Source: Candidatus Hydrothermales bacterium (lineage in GTDB: Bacteria; Hydrothermota; Hydrothermia; Hydrothermales; JAJRUZ01). Taken from it: a DNA stretch of 64,000 nt. This document shows, one piece after another, positions 9,409 through 19,351 of this stretch (the first letter of the stretch is position 1; the number at the start of each line of letters is the position of its first letter). Below the pieces are notes generated by a model. The model had not been told where the DNA came from, searched no databases, and saw only the letters and a list, made by a program, of their open reading frames with translations. The translations under genes and the position numbers were made by a program. Location: contig JBCNVI010000007.1 of NCBI GenBank assembly GCA_039630235.1, forward strand, positions 20,365-84,364, read 5' to 3'.

Positions 9409-10344
9409 TTATTTCAATTTAGCATCAATTTCTTCTTGCATTTTTTTAACGTGTTCGGCAGATTTTTTCAGGGCTTCAAGTTCCTCTGGTTCAAGTTTCA
9501 TTTCAATAATCTTTTCAACTCCCTTTTCCCCTAAAACTATGGGAACTCCAACGAAAATATCATTTATTCCATATTCTCCCTTTAAAAGAACTGAAGCTGA
9601 AACTACTCTTTTTTTATCTTTAATTATTGATTCAACCATTATAGCTGTTGCAGCTCCTGGTCCATAATAGGCACTACCAGTCTTTAAAAGGGATACTATC
9701 TCAGTACCAGCCTTTCTTGTTCTCTCAACGATTGAATCTAACTTATCCTTAGGAATTAAATGGGTTACGGGGATACCTCCCACTGTTGCATACTTTGGCA
9801 GAGGAACCATTAAATCACCGTGAGTTCCAAGAGTTATTGCTGAAACATCTTCATAGGCTACTCCAAGTTCCATAGCAATAAAGGCTCTGAATCTTGTTGA
9901 ATCTAAAACACCAGCCATCCCTATTACTCTTTCCCTTTCAAACCCAGAAATCTTATAGGCTGCATAGGTCATTGCATCAAGTGGATTTGTAACTACTATT
10001 AATATTGCATTTTTATTTCTCTTTTTTATTTCTTCTGTAACGCTTTTAATAATATTAAAATTGACATCAAGTAATTCTTCTCTTGTCATTCCAGGTTTTC
10101 TTGGAACACCTGCTGTAATAACAATAACTTTTGCTTCCTCTATTCCATCATAATTATTTTGTCCCCTAATGTTTGGAGAAGCATATCTTATTGGGTTTGC
10201 ATGACTCATATCAAGTGATTTACCCTGAGGAACTCCCTCAAGAATATCAATCATAACTATATCACAAAAATCTCTCATTGCTAAATAATTTGCAGTCTCG
10301 GCTCCTACATAACCAGCTCCCACTATAAATACCTTTTCCTTCAT
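9409..10344 (-). CDS. mdh: Malate dehydrogenase (LDH-like family)
   Basis: N-terminal Rossmann motif GAGYVGAE. Substrate-specificity loop GVPRKPGMTREEL has Arg (MDH-type) rather than Gln (LDH-type). Catalytic His in GTHGD. Confidence 0.85.
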   Translation of the reverse strand: MKEKVFIVGAGYVGAETANYLAMRDFCDIVMIDILEGVPQGKSLDMSHANPIRYASPNIRGQNNYDGIEEAKVIVITAGVPRKPGMTREELLDVNFNIIKSVTEEIKKRNKNAILIVVTNPLDAMTYAAYKISGFERERVIGMAGVLDSTRFRAFIAMELGVAYEDVSAITLGTHGDLMVPLPKYATVGGIPVTHLIPKDKLDSIVERTRKAGTEIVSLLKTGSAYYGPGAATAIMVESIIKDKKRVVSASVLLKGEYGINDIFVGVPIVLGEKGVEKIIEMKLEPEELEALKKSAEHVKKMQEEIDAKLK

Positions 10345-10368
10345 TGCGAACCCCCTTATTGATTATTT

Positions 10369-10884
10369 TTACGGATTTGAACCCTTTAAATTATAAATTA
10401 TGTCCTCTGGAAATTTAAATAGGTATTTATTTTTATCTTTTACTATTTTCTCAAAGATTTTTTTCCCACACTCAGTTTTTTCATTAAACATAAAATGAAA
10501 TGAAAATTTATTTATGAAATGAAATTTTTTTAGATAATTCATAATTTTTATAAGGGAAAAAATTTGGTTTTTTTCGATATCTTCGTTTTCAAAGTTGCCA
10601 ATTAAGGCAATTCCTATGAAATTATTAAACCTCTTTGTATGTGCCCCTTCCTCATTAATCTTTCTACCTTCAAATATGGTTCCATCAGGAGCAATTACAA
10701 AATGATAACCAATTAACGTAAATCCTCTTTCTCTATGTATCCTATCTAAATAGTTAATATCTCCCTTATATTCGCTTTTTGCTGTCGCCGTATGGTGTAG
10801 AATAATACAGGGCTTAATATTAACCTCCTTTATCCTCTCCGTAATACCTTTTTTCAACCATTCCTCTCTTTTTACGTAACTCAA
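10369..10884 (-). CDS. N-acetylmuramoyl-L-alanine amidase (Amidase_2/PGRP fold, AmpD-like, cytoplasmic)
   Basis: ILHHTAT.. and ..GYHFVI.. zinc-amidase motifs typical of Amidase_2. No signal peptide. Confidence 0.65.
   Translation of the reverse strand: MSYVKREEWLKKGITERIKEVNIKPCIILHHTATAKSEYKGDINYLDRIHRERGFTLIGYHFVIAPDGTIFEGRKINEEGAHTKRFNNFIGIALIGNFENEDIEKNQIFSLIKIMNYLKKFHFINKFSFHFMFNEKTECGKKIFEKIVKDKNKYLFKFPEDIIYNLKGSNP
10373..10388 (-). other. tRNA T-arm-like element (minus strand AAGGGTTCAAATCCGT) overlapping the last codons of the amidase gene, 26 nt upstream of the mdh ATG
   Basis: Exact 11-mer GGTTCAAATCC on the minus strand. Encodes the ..KGSNP* C-terminus of the amidase. Confidence 0.2.
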
Positions 10885-10887
10885 ATC

Positions 10888-11505
10888 TTAAAACCTGTAA
10901 ATTAATCTTAAATTAAATTTTTCCTGTGAAGGTAAAATTTCTCCCTTTAACTGTAATTTCATTTTTTTATTCCTTATATAGACAAAAGTGTAAATTGCTG
11001 AAGCCAAATGATAGGTAATCAAAAATCCCTGAAGTGCTTTCATTCGTGCTTCTATTTTTCTTTCTTTTTCTCTTTTGTGAAGAAACTCATCCCAAGAGGT
11101 TGTATCCTTCCAGGCCCACCTGTAAGGTACGGAATTCTCGTTAGCATAGCTTTCCCATCTTAAGGGGTCATCAGGATACAAAGCTCTTGCTTCCCTTAAA
11201 AGACGCTCATAATAAATTTCATAATTATAGTAATTTTCAACAGCACTCCAATACCTTTCATCATCAGTTTGAGGAAAAGCTGATGCATTTTCATAGGCAA
11301 ATCTCTTATAATCACTCCTTATTTCTCTTTTGCTCTTTAAATCATAAACGTAAAAAGAAAAAAGAGAAAGTTCCAAAGCTACCATCTTTAAAAACAATTT
11401 ATCTTCCCTTACTTGCTTAAGTCCAAGACCAGGAACAATTAAGGATAAAAATGCTCCCCTTATTGGACTTGTAGTTAAAAGAAGGAAACTTACTATGTTA
11501 AGCAT
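10888..11505 (-). CDS. Hypothetical membrane protein (N- and C-terminal TM helices, aromatic-rich central domain)
   Basis: ORF with hydrophobic N-terminus and C-terminal TM segment ([21 protein letters not shown]). No recognised catalytic motif. 3-nt gap to the downstream amidase. Confidence 0.5.
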   Translation of the reverse strand: MLNIVSFLLLTTSPIRGAFLSLIVPGLGLKQVREDKLFLKMVALELSLFSFYVYDLKSKREIRSDYKRFAYENASAFPQTDDERYWSAVENYYNYEIYYERLLREARALYPDDPLRWESYANENSVPYRWAWKDTTSWDEFLHKREKERKIEARMKALQGFLITYHLASAIYTFVYIRNKKMKLQLKGEILPSQEKFNLRLIYRF

Positions 11506-13921
11506 CTATTTCCTCCTCATAGGGAATTCTCGTACAGCCAACAACACTCTCTTTTTCTTCTATTTTTATAAGCTTTGTTCCTTTTGTAGCCCTTGAAATT
11601 AGTGGCACTTCCTCAACCTTTTGTTTAAAGAGCTTTGATGAACTTGTTAAAAGTACAAGCTGATCTTTCTCGTTAAAGGCTTTTAACCATATTGTTTTAC
11701 CTGTTTTTTCACTTACTTTTTGAACAATCACACCTTTGGTAGCTCTTCCTCTTAGTGGAATTTCTCCTGGTTTAAATCTTTTTCCGTAACCTTTTTCTGT
11801 TACAATCAAAATAGTTGCATTTTCTGTTACTACTGCTCCTGAGACACAGCTTGCATCATCAGTTTTTATTCCCACTACACCGTAACTTGCTCTTCCCATA
11901 GGTCTTATAGCTTCTGATTTTATTTTTGAGGCAAGACCGTTTTCCTTTAATAAAATTACTTCATCTTTATCTGTTACAAGTAAACCCTTTATTGTTTCAT
12001 CTTTATCTTTTAGAGTTTGCCCTATAATACCCCTTTTTCCAGCATTTTCAAATAATTGGATATCTGTCTTTTTTACTATACCTTTTCTTGTGATTAAAAA
12101 AAGATAGGTGCCCTTTTTAAATTCTGATATAGGTAACATATCAACAATTTTTTCTCCTTCTGATAGATTAAGAATAGTATTTACTGGTTTTCCCTTTCCT
12201 CTTAAGCCACTCTCTGGAATTTCAAAGGCTTTTAAGGTATAAACTTTACCCTTATTAGATACAAAAAGTACATAATCATGTGAAAAGGAGTAAAAAACAT
12301 CTTCAGGAAAATCGTCCTCATCTAAAGGAATTTCCCTTTTTCCTAGGGCTCCTTTTGGTTGGGTTTTTAAGTATGAACCCGTTATTCTTTTTATATAACC
12401 ATTTTTTGAAAGTAAAATGAGAATTTTCTCTTTTTTGATAAGACTTTCTATATCTATCTCCTTCGGCTCTTCGTCTAAGATTTCAGTCCTCCTTTTATCA
12501 CCATACCTTTCTTTTAATTCGATCAATTCCTTCTTAATTTCCTCAAGAAGGGCTTTTCTTTCCTCTAAAATTCTTCTATAATTACTGATATCTCTATTTA
12601 ACTTTTCGTACTCTTCTTCAATTTTTGAAATTTCAAGTTTTGTCAAAGTTTGTAATTTCATCTCTAAGATTGCCTCAACCTGAGGTTCTGTAAGGTTATA
12701 TTTACTTTTTAACTTTTCTCCTGCTTCTTTTGGCTCTTTCGAATGCTTAATTATTTCAATAACTTCTTCAATGTTTTTTAAGGCAACCTTAAGCCCCTCT
12801 AAAATATGCACCCTCTGTTTAGCCTTTTTAAGTAAAAATTCAGTTTTCCTTCTTGTTACTTCTTCTCTATGTTTGAGATAATAATTTAGTATTTCCCGAA
12901 GAGATAAAACTCTGGGTTCGTTATCAACAAGAGTTAACATAATTACATTAAATTTTTCCTGTAGCTGTGTATATTTAAAAAGTTGGTTTAAGATTAACTT
13001 TTCCGATACATTTTTTTTAAGTTCAATTACAATTCTTAAGCCCTCCCTATCTGATTCGTCCCTTAGATCCTGTATCCCCTCAATCTTTTTATCTCTCACA
13101 AGATCAGCAATTCGTTCAAGCAAATTAGCCTTGTTTACTAAGTATGGAATCTCAGTAAAAACAATTCTCTTTCTCCCCTTTTCCTCAATATGATATTTAC
13201 CTCTAATAATTACTTGCCCCCTCCCAATTTTAAAGTAATCATAAATACCCTTTTTACCTAAGACTATGCCCCCGGTCGGAAAGTCTGGTCCCTTTATAAT
13301 TTCGAATAACTCCTCATCTTTACAATCTGGATTATCAATTAAATATATGAGTGCATCAACAGTTTCAGTTAAATTATGAGGTGGTACATTTGTTGACATT
13401 CCTACAGCTATCCCAGTGGAACCATTTACAAGTAAGTTCGGTAAAAGTGAGGGTAAAACAACGGGTTCTTTTAGTCTTCCATCAAAATTTGGCACAAAGT
13501 CCACGGTATCCTTGTCTAAATCTCTAAGCATTTCTAAGGCTATTTTGGAAAGTCTTGCCTCAGTGTACCTATAGGCTGCTGGAGGATCTCCGTCAATAGA
13601 GCCAAAGTTTCCCTGCCCCTCAATAAGGGGGTATCTTAGTGAAAAGTCCTGGGCCATTCTTACAAGAGCATCGTATACCGCCATATCTCCATGTGGATGA
13701 TATTTACCTAAAACATCACCAACAACAGTGGCACTCTTTTTAAAAGGTTTTGTCGGCAAAAGTCCTGTTTCGTACATTGAATATAAAATTCTTCTGTGAA
13801 CAGGTTTTAATCCATCTCTAACATCAGGAAGTGCTCTCCCCACTATTACACTCATAGCATAATCTATGTAACTTGTAGACATCTCATCCTCTATCGGTGT
13901 ATTTATTACTCTCTCAGTCAT
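11498..13921 (-). CDS. gyrA: DNA gyrase subunit A family (type IIA topoisomerase A subunit)
   Basis: Active-site region ..[26 protein letters not shown].., YHPHGD motif, 807 aa with C-terminal beta-pinwheel repeats. The GyrA-box looks degenerate ([13 protein letters not shown] rather than QRRGGKG) and no gyrB is adjacent, so topo IV ParC cannot be fully excluded. Confidence 0.75.
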   Translation of the reverse strand: MTERVINTPIEDEMSTSYIDYAMSVIVGRALPDVRDGLKPVHRRILYSMYETGLLPTKPFKKSATVVGDVLGKYHPHGDMAVYDALVRMAQDFSLRYPLIEGQGNFGSIDGDPPAAYRYTEARLSKIALEMLRDLDKDTVDFVPNFDGRLKEPVVLPSLLPNLLVNGSTGIAVGMSTNVPPHNLTETVDALIYLIDNPDCKDEELFEIIKGPDFPTGGIVLGKKGIYDYFKIGRGQVIIRGKYHIEEKGRKRIVFTEIPYLVNKANLLERIADLVRDKKIEGIQDLRDESDREGLRIVIELKKNVSEKLILNQLFKYTQLQEKFNVIMLTLVDNEPRVLSLREILNYYLKHREEVTRRKTEFLLKKAKQRVHILEGLKVALKNIEEVIEIIKHSKEPKEAGEKLKSKYNLTEPQVEAILEMKLQTLTKLEISKIEEEYEKLNRDISNYRRILEERKALLEEIKKELIELKERYGDKRRTEILDEEPKEIDIESLIKKEKILILLSKNGYIKRITGSYLKTQPKGALGKREIPLDEDDFPEDVFYSFSHDYVLFVSNKGKVYTLKAFEIPESGLRGKGKPVNTILNLSEGEKIVDMLPISEFKKGTYLFLITRKGIVKKTDIQLFENAGKRGIIGQTLKDKDETIKGLLVTDKDEVILLKENGLASKIKSEAIRPMGRASYGVVGIKTDDASCVSGAVVTENATILIVTEKGYGKRFKPGEIPLRGRATKGVIVQKVSEKTGKTIWLKAFNEKDQLVLLTSSSKLFKQKVEEVPLISRATKGTKLIKIEEKESVVGCTRIPYEEEIDA

Positions 13922-13942
13922 CTTTATCCCCTCCTTTAACTT

Positions 13943-14908
13943 TTAAAATAAAACTTTTCTTTTTCCCTTTGTAATTTCACCAATTACATAGAATTTCTCT
14001 CCCTTTTTACTCAAAAAGCTTTTTATCTTCTCTTGATCTTTTTTGTCTATAACTGCGATCATTCCTATTCCTAAGTTGAATACTTTTAGCATTTCGTCGT
14101 TTGGGACGTTTCCCTCTTTTTGAATTATGTCAAAGATAATCGGTCTTTCTATATCTCTTACATCTATTTCGTATCCTAAGTTTTCTGGTAATATTCGTTT
14201 CAGATTTCCTTCTATACCGCCTCCTGTCACATGAACCAGACCCTTTATAAGTTTTTTTTCTATGAGAGGATAAAGTGCTTTAAAATAACTTCTATGTGGT
14301 TTAAGTAAAAGACTTTTAAGGGTTTTTCCTCCAAATTTTTTATTTAAATCATACTTTCCTAAAAGAACTTTACGTGCAAGTGAATAGCCGTTTGTATGAA
14401 GACCTGTTGATGGAAAGCCTAAAAGCAAGTCTCCCTTTTTTATTTTTTTTGGTAGTAGGTTTTCTTTTTTTAGAATTCCTACACAGAATCCGACTATATC
14501 CCATTCATCCTTATTATATATATCAGGCATTTCTGCAGTTTCACCTCCTAAAAAGGCTATGTTTCCGTTTTCCCTTAGAGCTTTTAATATACCCTTAGCA
14601 ATCCTTTTAACGACTTTTAAATCAAGACTGGATGAAGCAATGTAATCTAAGAAAAAAATAGGTTTTGCCCCTTGACACAAAAGGTCATTAACAGAGTGGT
14701 TTACTATGTCTTCTCCCAGAACTTCAAATTTACCGGCAAGTCTTGCCACTTGGGTTTTTGTACCAACTCCATCACAGGTGGCAGCAATAAAATACTTCCC
14801 CAACTCATAAATACCTGAAAATCTCTCCTTTTGCCCTGTAATTACTTTAAATAACTTTGAGACCCCCTCGGCCTTCTTTAGGTCCACACCAGCCTCTTTA
14901 TACCTCAT
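13943..14908 (-). CDS. purM: Phosphoribosylformylglycinamidine cyclo-ligase (AIR synthetase)
   Basis: GGETAEMPD motif. N-terminal YKEAGVDL. AIRS N/C domain architecture. Confidence 0.85.
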   Translation of the reverse strand: MRYKEAGVDLKKAEGVSKLFKVITGQKERFSGIYELGKYFIAATCDGVGTKTQVARLAGKFEVLGEDIVNHSVNDLLCQGAKPIFFLDYIASSSLDLKVVKRIAKGILKALRENGNIAFLGGETAEMPDIYNKDEWDIVGFCVGILKKENLLPKKIKKGDLLLGFPSTGLHTNGYSLARKVLLGKYDLNKKFGGKTLKSLLLKPHRSYFKALYPLIEKKLIKGLVHVTGGGIEGNLKRILPENLGYEIDVRDIERPIIFDIIQKEGNVPNDEMLKVFNLGIGMIAVIDKKDQEKIKSFLSKKGEKFYVIGEITKGKRKVLF

Positions 14909-15990
14909 GAATATCTATATTCTAACTCCTTTATAATTCTCTTTATATTTTTTTCGATCAATTTTGATATGAAAAGATAAAATTTATAATCTTTACCTAA
15001 TGGATCTGGAATCTCTTTTGATTTGTCAACAAGGTTTAATAGTCTTACTTTTTCATAAAATCCCATTTTTTGAATTTCTCTTAAATGTCTTTTTTCCATA
15101 ACGTAGACAAAATCTGCCCATTCAAGGTCTTCTCTACTAAGTCTTCTTGTTTTATAATGGCTAAGATCTAGGTTATATCTCTCCTTAAGAATTCTGATTG
15201 TATTTTCAGAGATTGGAAGTCCACTGGTTGCCTCAGTACCGGCTGATCTTATGTCTATTAACTCCTTTAGGTCTGGCTTTAAAAGTGAGTGCATTATACC
15301 CATAGCCATAGGTGATCTACAGCTATTCCCGGTGCAGACAAACAGTATATTTGTTTTAATTGATTTAGAAATTTTTATTTTTCTTAAAAGTATATTCTCG
15401 ATTTGAGCTATTCCTATGGGTCCTTTTCTTACTAAAATAAAAGGATATTTACTTAAATCAATAATTGTTGAGGCAAGAGTTCCAGGGGAGTTTTGAGGGT
15501 ATACAAAATCGATGTATTTACCGAATTCTTTTTCAATTTGTGTATAGTCGTTAATTTCTTTTTGACCAGAAATGTTAACTGAAGTTTGGACAAGGGGACC
15601 TGCCTCTTTGCAAAGGGAAATTGGTACAGAGTGATTTGGGATTCTTACAGATACTGTTTTTTTCTCTTTATGGACTATATAATCTGGTAATCTTTCTTTT
15701 GCCTTAAATAAAAAAGATATAGGACCTGGCCATAGGTTATAAACAAGTCTCTTTCTTGTTTCTGTTAAGTTTTTTGTAAAAATGTTAAGTTCTTTTGGAT
15801 CAGAAATAAAAAGACCAAATTTTTTTTCAGTTTCTCTTTCTTTAATAGAAAATATTCTTTTAACGCCTTCGCTTGACCAATAGGGTGTTACAAAGCCTGA
15901 GACTGTATCGGTTGGTATAGCTATAACTCCTCCCTTTTTGAGTATTTCAATAGCTTTTCTAAGTTCTTTTCTTTTATCTTTTGATTCCAA
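14905..15990 (-). CDS. Fusion protein: L-threonylcarbamoyladenylate synthase (YrdC/Sua5 domain) plus C-terminal low-molecular-weight protein phosphatase (LMW-PTP/arginine-phosphatase-like)
   Basis: N-terminal YrdC signature ..GGVIAIPTDTVSGF... C-terminal P-loop VCTGNSCRSPMA (C-x5-R-S) and general-acid DP (EIPDPLG) of LMW-PTPs. 4-nt overlap with purM. Confidence 0.75.
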   Translation of the reverse strand: MESKDKRKELRKAIEILKKGGVIAIPTDTVSGFVTPYWSSEGVKRIFSIKERETEKKFGLFISDPKELNIFTKNLTETRKRLVYNLWPGPISFLFKAKERLPDYIVHKEKKTVSVRIPNHSVPISLCKEAGPLVQTSVNISGQKEINDYTQIEKEFGKYIDFVYPQNSPGTLASTIIDLSKYPFILVRKGPIGIAQIENILLRKIKISKSIKTNILFVCTGNSCRSPMAMGIMHSLLKPDLKELIDIRSAGTEATSGLPISENTIRILKERYNLDLSHYKTRRLSREDLEWADFVYVMEKRHLREIQKMGFYEKVRLLNLVDKSKEIPDPLGKDYKFYLFISKLIEKNIKRIIKELEYRYS

Positions 15991-16007
15991 TCTTTTAAAT
16001 TAAAAGA

Positions 16008-16080
<73 letters not shown>

Positions 16081-16088
16081 AGTTCTTT

Positions 16089-16117
16089 ATTATAAAAAAA
16101 AATCAAAAGTTTTTCAA
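16089..16117 (-). promoter_or_regulatory. Sigma70-type promoter for tRNA-Thr (TTGAAA-17-TATAAT on the minus strand)
   Basis: On the minus strand TTGAAA (16112-16117) and TATAAT (16089-16094) are separated by 17 nt. The -10 ends 8 nt before the tRNA 5' end. Confidence 0.45.
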
Positions 16118-16218
16118 TTACCTTTAATAATTTATTCCTCATAAAATAAACCCTCCAAAGAACCCCACCAGGAATAAATCTCAAAACTCCACTTAGTAAT
16201 TAAAACCCTAGACTTTAT

Positions 16219-16247
16219 TTGAATTTTTTCTTCTGCAGGATTATAAT
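16219..16247 (+). promoter_or_regulatory. Sigma70-type promoter of the rpsL (str/S10) ribosomal cluster (TTGAAT-17-TATAAT)
   Basis: TTGAAT at 16219-16224, 17-nt spacer, TATAAT at 16242-16247, ~55 nt upstream of the rpsL ATG. Divergent from the tRNA-Thr promoter. Confidence 0.5.
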
Positions 16248-16303
16248 TTATATTGTAAATTTTTGGTTCAATTCCAATTGAGAAGGGAAATTTTTTAGTA
16301 TTA

Positions 16304-16684
16304 ATGCCCACCATAAACCAATTAGTAAGGCATAAGAGAAAAAAGAAAAATAGAAAATCAAAAAGCGTTGCACTTGAAGGTTGTCCACAAAAAAGAGGCG
16401 TCTGTATCCGCGTATACACAACAAGCCCTAAAAAACCTAACTCAGCCCTAAGAAAAGTAGCTAAGGTGAGACTTTCAAACGGTAGAGAAGTTATAGCCTA
16501 TATACCAGGAGAAGGCCACAATCTTCAAGAACACTCAGTCGTTCTTGTAAGAGGTGGTAGAGTAAAAGATTTACCTGGAGTGAAATATCATATTGTAAGA
16601 GGAGTTTACGACTGTGCAGGTGTAGCAAATAGAGCAAGTTCAAGAAGTCTTTATGGAACAAAAAGAAAAAAGAAGGAGGGATAA
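16304..16684 (+). CDS. rpsL: 30S ribosomal protein S12
   Basis: [65 protein letters not shown]: canonical S12. Confidence 0.95.
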   Translation: MPTINQLVRHKRKKKNRKSKSVALEGCPQKRGVCIRVYTTSPKKPNSALRKVAKVRLSNGREVIAYIPGEGHNLQEHSVVLVRGGRVKDLPGVKYHIVRGVYDCAGVANRASSRSLYGTKRKKKEG

Positions 16685-17155
<471 letters not shown>

Positions 17156-17229
17156 GATTTATGAAATTTTAGAAAAGGAAAAAGCAAGGGAGGCAAACTT
17201 TTTAAATTTAAAATTTCGGGGTCCTTCAA

Positions 17230-19278
17230 ATGGATATAAGTAAAATACGTAATATCGGTTTTGCTGCCCATATAGATGCAGGAAAAACTACTACTACTGA
17301 GAGAATTCTTTTTTATACTCACAGAATACACAGAATGGGTGAGGTAGATGAGGGAACAGCTACAATGGACTATATGATTCAAGAAAAAGAAAGAGGAATT
17401 ACAATTCAAGCAGCTGCAACTTTCTGTGAGTGGAAAAATTACTTAATACATATAGTAGATACACCAGGCCACGTTGATTTTACAGTAGAGGTCGAAAGAT
17501 CTTTAAGGGTTCTCGATGGACTTGTAATAATATTCTCAGCAGTTGAAGGTGTAGAACCACAGTCTGAAACTATATGGAGACAGGCTGATAAGTTCAAAGT
17601 TCCAAGAATAGCCTTTATTAACAAAATGGATAGACAGGGAGCTGACCATTTGAGAGTCTTAGGCCAAATCGAAAAAAAATTTAATATTAAACCACTTTTA
17701 CTTGAATGGCCAATCGGCATAGAGAACGATTTTATAGGCGTCATTCACTTCGTTGAAAACAAAAAAATGATCTGGGATAAAGATGAACTGGGAGTCGAAT
17801 ACTCTGTTCTGCCAATAGATAATATTGCCGGAGAAGCAAAAAGCTATTACGAAGATATGATCTTAACTTTGTCAGAAATAGACGAAGGTATTGCAGATGA
17901 ATATTACGAAAAGGGTTTTGTAAGCCCAGATAAAATTAATAGCGCTATAAGAAAAGGAGTCTTAGAGAAAAGATTTTTACCAGTTCTTATTGGTTCAGCA
18001 TTAAAAAATAAAGGTATTCAACCTCTTTTAGATGCAATCTGTGAATATTTACCATCTCCAATAGATAGAGGAAAAATAAAAGGCATAGATCCCTTAACAA
18101 GAAGTGAAATTTATAGAAGTCCTGATCCGAGTGACCATTTCAGTGGAGTTGTTTTTAAAGTTCAAATTTTCGAAGATATGGGTAAGTTATGTTATTTGAG
18201 AATATATTCGGGAAAGATTACACAAGGGGAGAAAGTATACAATCCAAGAACAAATGAAGTTATAAGGGTGCAGCGTCTTTATAGGCTCCATGCAAATAAA
18301 AAGAATGCAATAAGAGAAGCTGTATGTGGTGAAATAGTTGGAATAGTTGGACCTAAAGAGGTAAGAACCGGAGACACTATTTGTCCTCTCGAACACTCAA
18401 TCTTATACGAAGAGATGCTTTTTCCAGAACCTGTTGTTTCACAGGCTATTGAACCGATTTCCTCAAAAGATTTCAAGAAAATAGAGGAAAGACTCAAGTG
18501 GATGGTAGAAGAAGATCCAACCTTCAATTTAAAAATAGATGAGGAAACTGGTCAAATTATAATATCCGGTATGGGAGAACTTCATCTTGAAATTATACTG
18601 GATAGACTAAAAAGAGACCATAAACTTGAATTTAGAGCCTTAAAGCCTCAAGTTCACTATAGAGAAAGTATAAGTTTAAGCGGAGAATTAGTAAAAGAAT
18701 TTAAGAAAAATATTGGTGGGGAGGAGCAGTTTGGTAAAGTAATGTTACAAGTTGAGCCAATTAAAGGAGCAATGAGAAACGAAATATTGATAGATGATAG
18801 TCTCAACCTGAGGGAGGATTTAAAAGAGGTTGCTTATAGCTCTATGAGGGAAATCCTCGATTTCGGTGTAATAGCAGGATATCCCCTAATAGATGTGAGA
18901 ATGGCTCTTAAAAAAGTTTATAACTTGGAGAAAACGACACCGATAGGTCTTAAGTTAGCTATACATGAAGCAGGAAAGGAGCTTATAAAAATGGCAGAGC
19001 CTGTGTTACTTGAGCCGTATTCTTACGTAGAAATAACAGTGCCTGTTGAATTTATCGGAAATGTGATTCAAGATCTCATGCAGCGGGAAGCCGAGATAAT
19101 AGAGAAAGTATCCTTAGAAGGCTCTGATCTTGTAAAAATAGTTGCTGAAATGCCACTGAAAAATACTTTCGGATACGTTACTGTTTTAAGATCACACACA
19201 AAAGGAAAGGCAAATATCTGGATGAAAGTTAGTTCATTTAAGGCAGCTAAACTTGAAAAAAGTGATTTTTTATTATAA
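17230..19278 (+). CDS. fusA: Elongation factor G
   Basis: G1 AHIDAGKTTTTERIL, DTPGHVDF, NKMDR. 682 aa five-domain EF-G in str-operon position. Confidence 0.9.
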   Translation: MDISKIRNIGFAAHIDAGKTTTTERILFYTHRIHRMGEVDEGTATMDYMIQEKERGITIQAAATFCEWKNYLIHIVDTPGHVDFTVEVERSLRVLDGLVIIFSAVEGVEPQSETIWRQADKFKVPRIAFINKMDRQGADHLRVLGQIEKKFNIKPLLLEWPIGIENDFIGVIHFVENKKMIWDKDELGVEYSVLPIDNIAGEAKSYYEDMILTLSEIDEGIADEYYEKGFVSPDKINSAIRKGVLEKRFLPVLIGSALKNKGIQPLLDAICEYLPSPIDRGKIKGIDPLTRSEIYRSPDPSDHFSGVVFKVQIFEDMGKLCYLRIYSGKITQGEKVYNPRTNEVIRVQRLYRLHANKKNAIREAVCGEIVGIVGPKEVRTGDTICPLEHSILYEEMLFPEPVVSQAIEPISSKDFKKIEERLKWMVEEDPTFNLKIDEETGQIIISGMGELHLEIILDRLKRDHKLEFRALKPQVHYRESISLSGELVKEFKKNIGGEEQFGKVMLQVEPIKGAMRNEILIDDSLNLREDLKEVAYSSMREILDFGVIAGYPLIDVRMALKKVYNLEKTTPIGLKLAIHEAGKELIKMAEPVLLEPYSYVEITVPVEFIGNVIQDLMQREAEIIEKVSLEGSDLVKIVAEMPLKNTFGYVTVLRSHTKGKANIWMKVSSFKAAKLEKSDFLL

Positions 19279-19318
19279 AATTAATTTAATTAATTTTTAG
19301 ACAAAAAATTTTAAATAA

Positions 19319-19332
19319 AGGTTCGAATCCCC
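19319..19332 (+). other. tRNA T-arm-like element AGGTTCGAATCCCC, 19 nt upstream of the tuf ATG
   Basis: Canonical GGTTCGAATCC T-arm sequence in the fusA-tuf spacer. No flanking cloverleaf. No SD sequence between it and the ATG. Confidence 0.3.
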
Positions 19333-19351
19333 AAAATTTTTTTATTTAGAA

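Noticed and set aside
19319-19332. GGTTCGAATCC hits and the four similar copies as possible unannotated tRNA genes or tRNA 3' fragments marking integration sites
   Set aside because: No D-arm, anticodon arm or acceptor stem can be folded around any copy. No integrase, direct-repeat pair or foreign-looking DNA flanks them. They are kept as regulatory/structural motif candidates instead.
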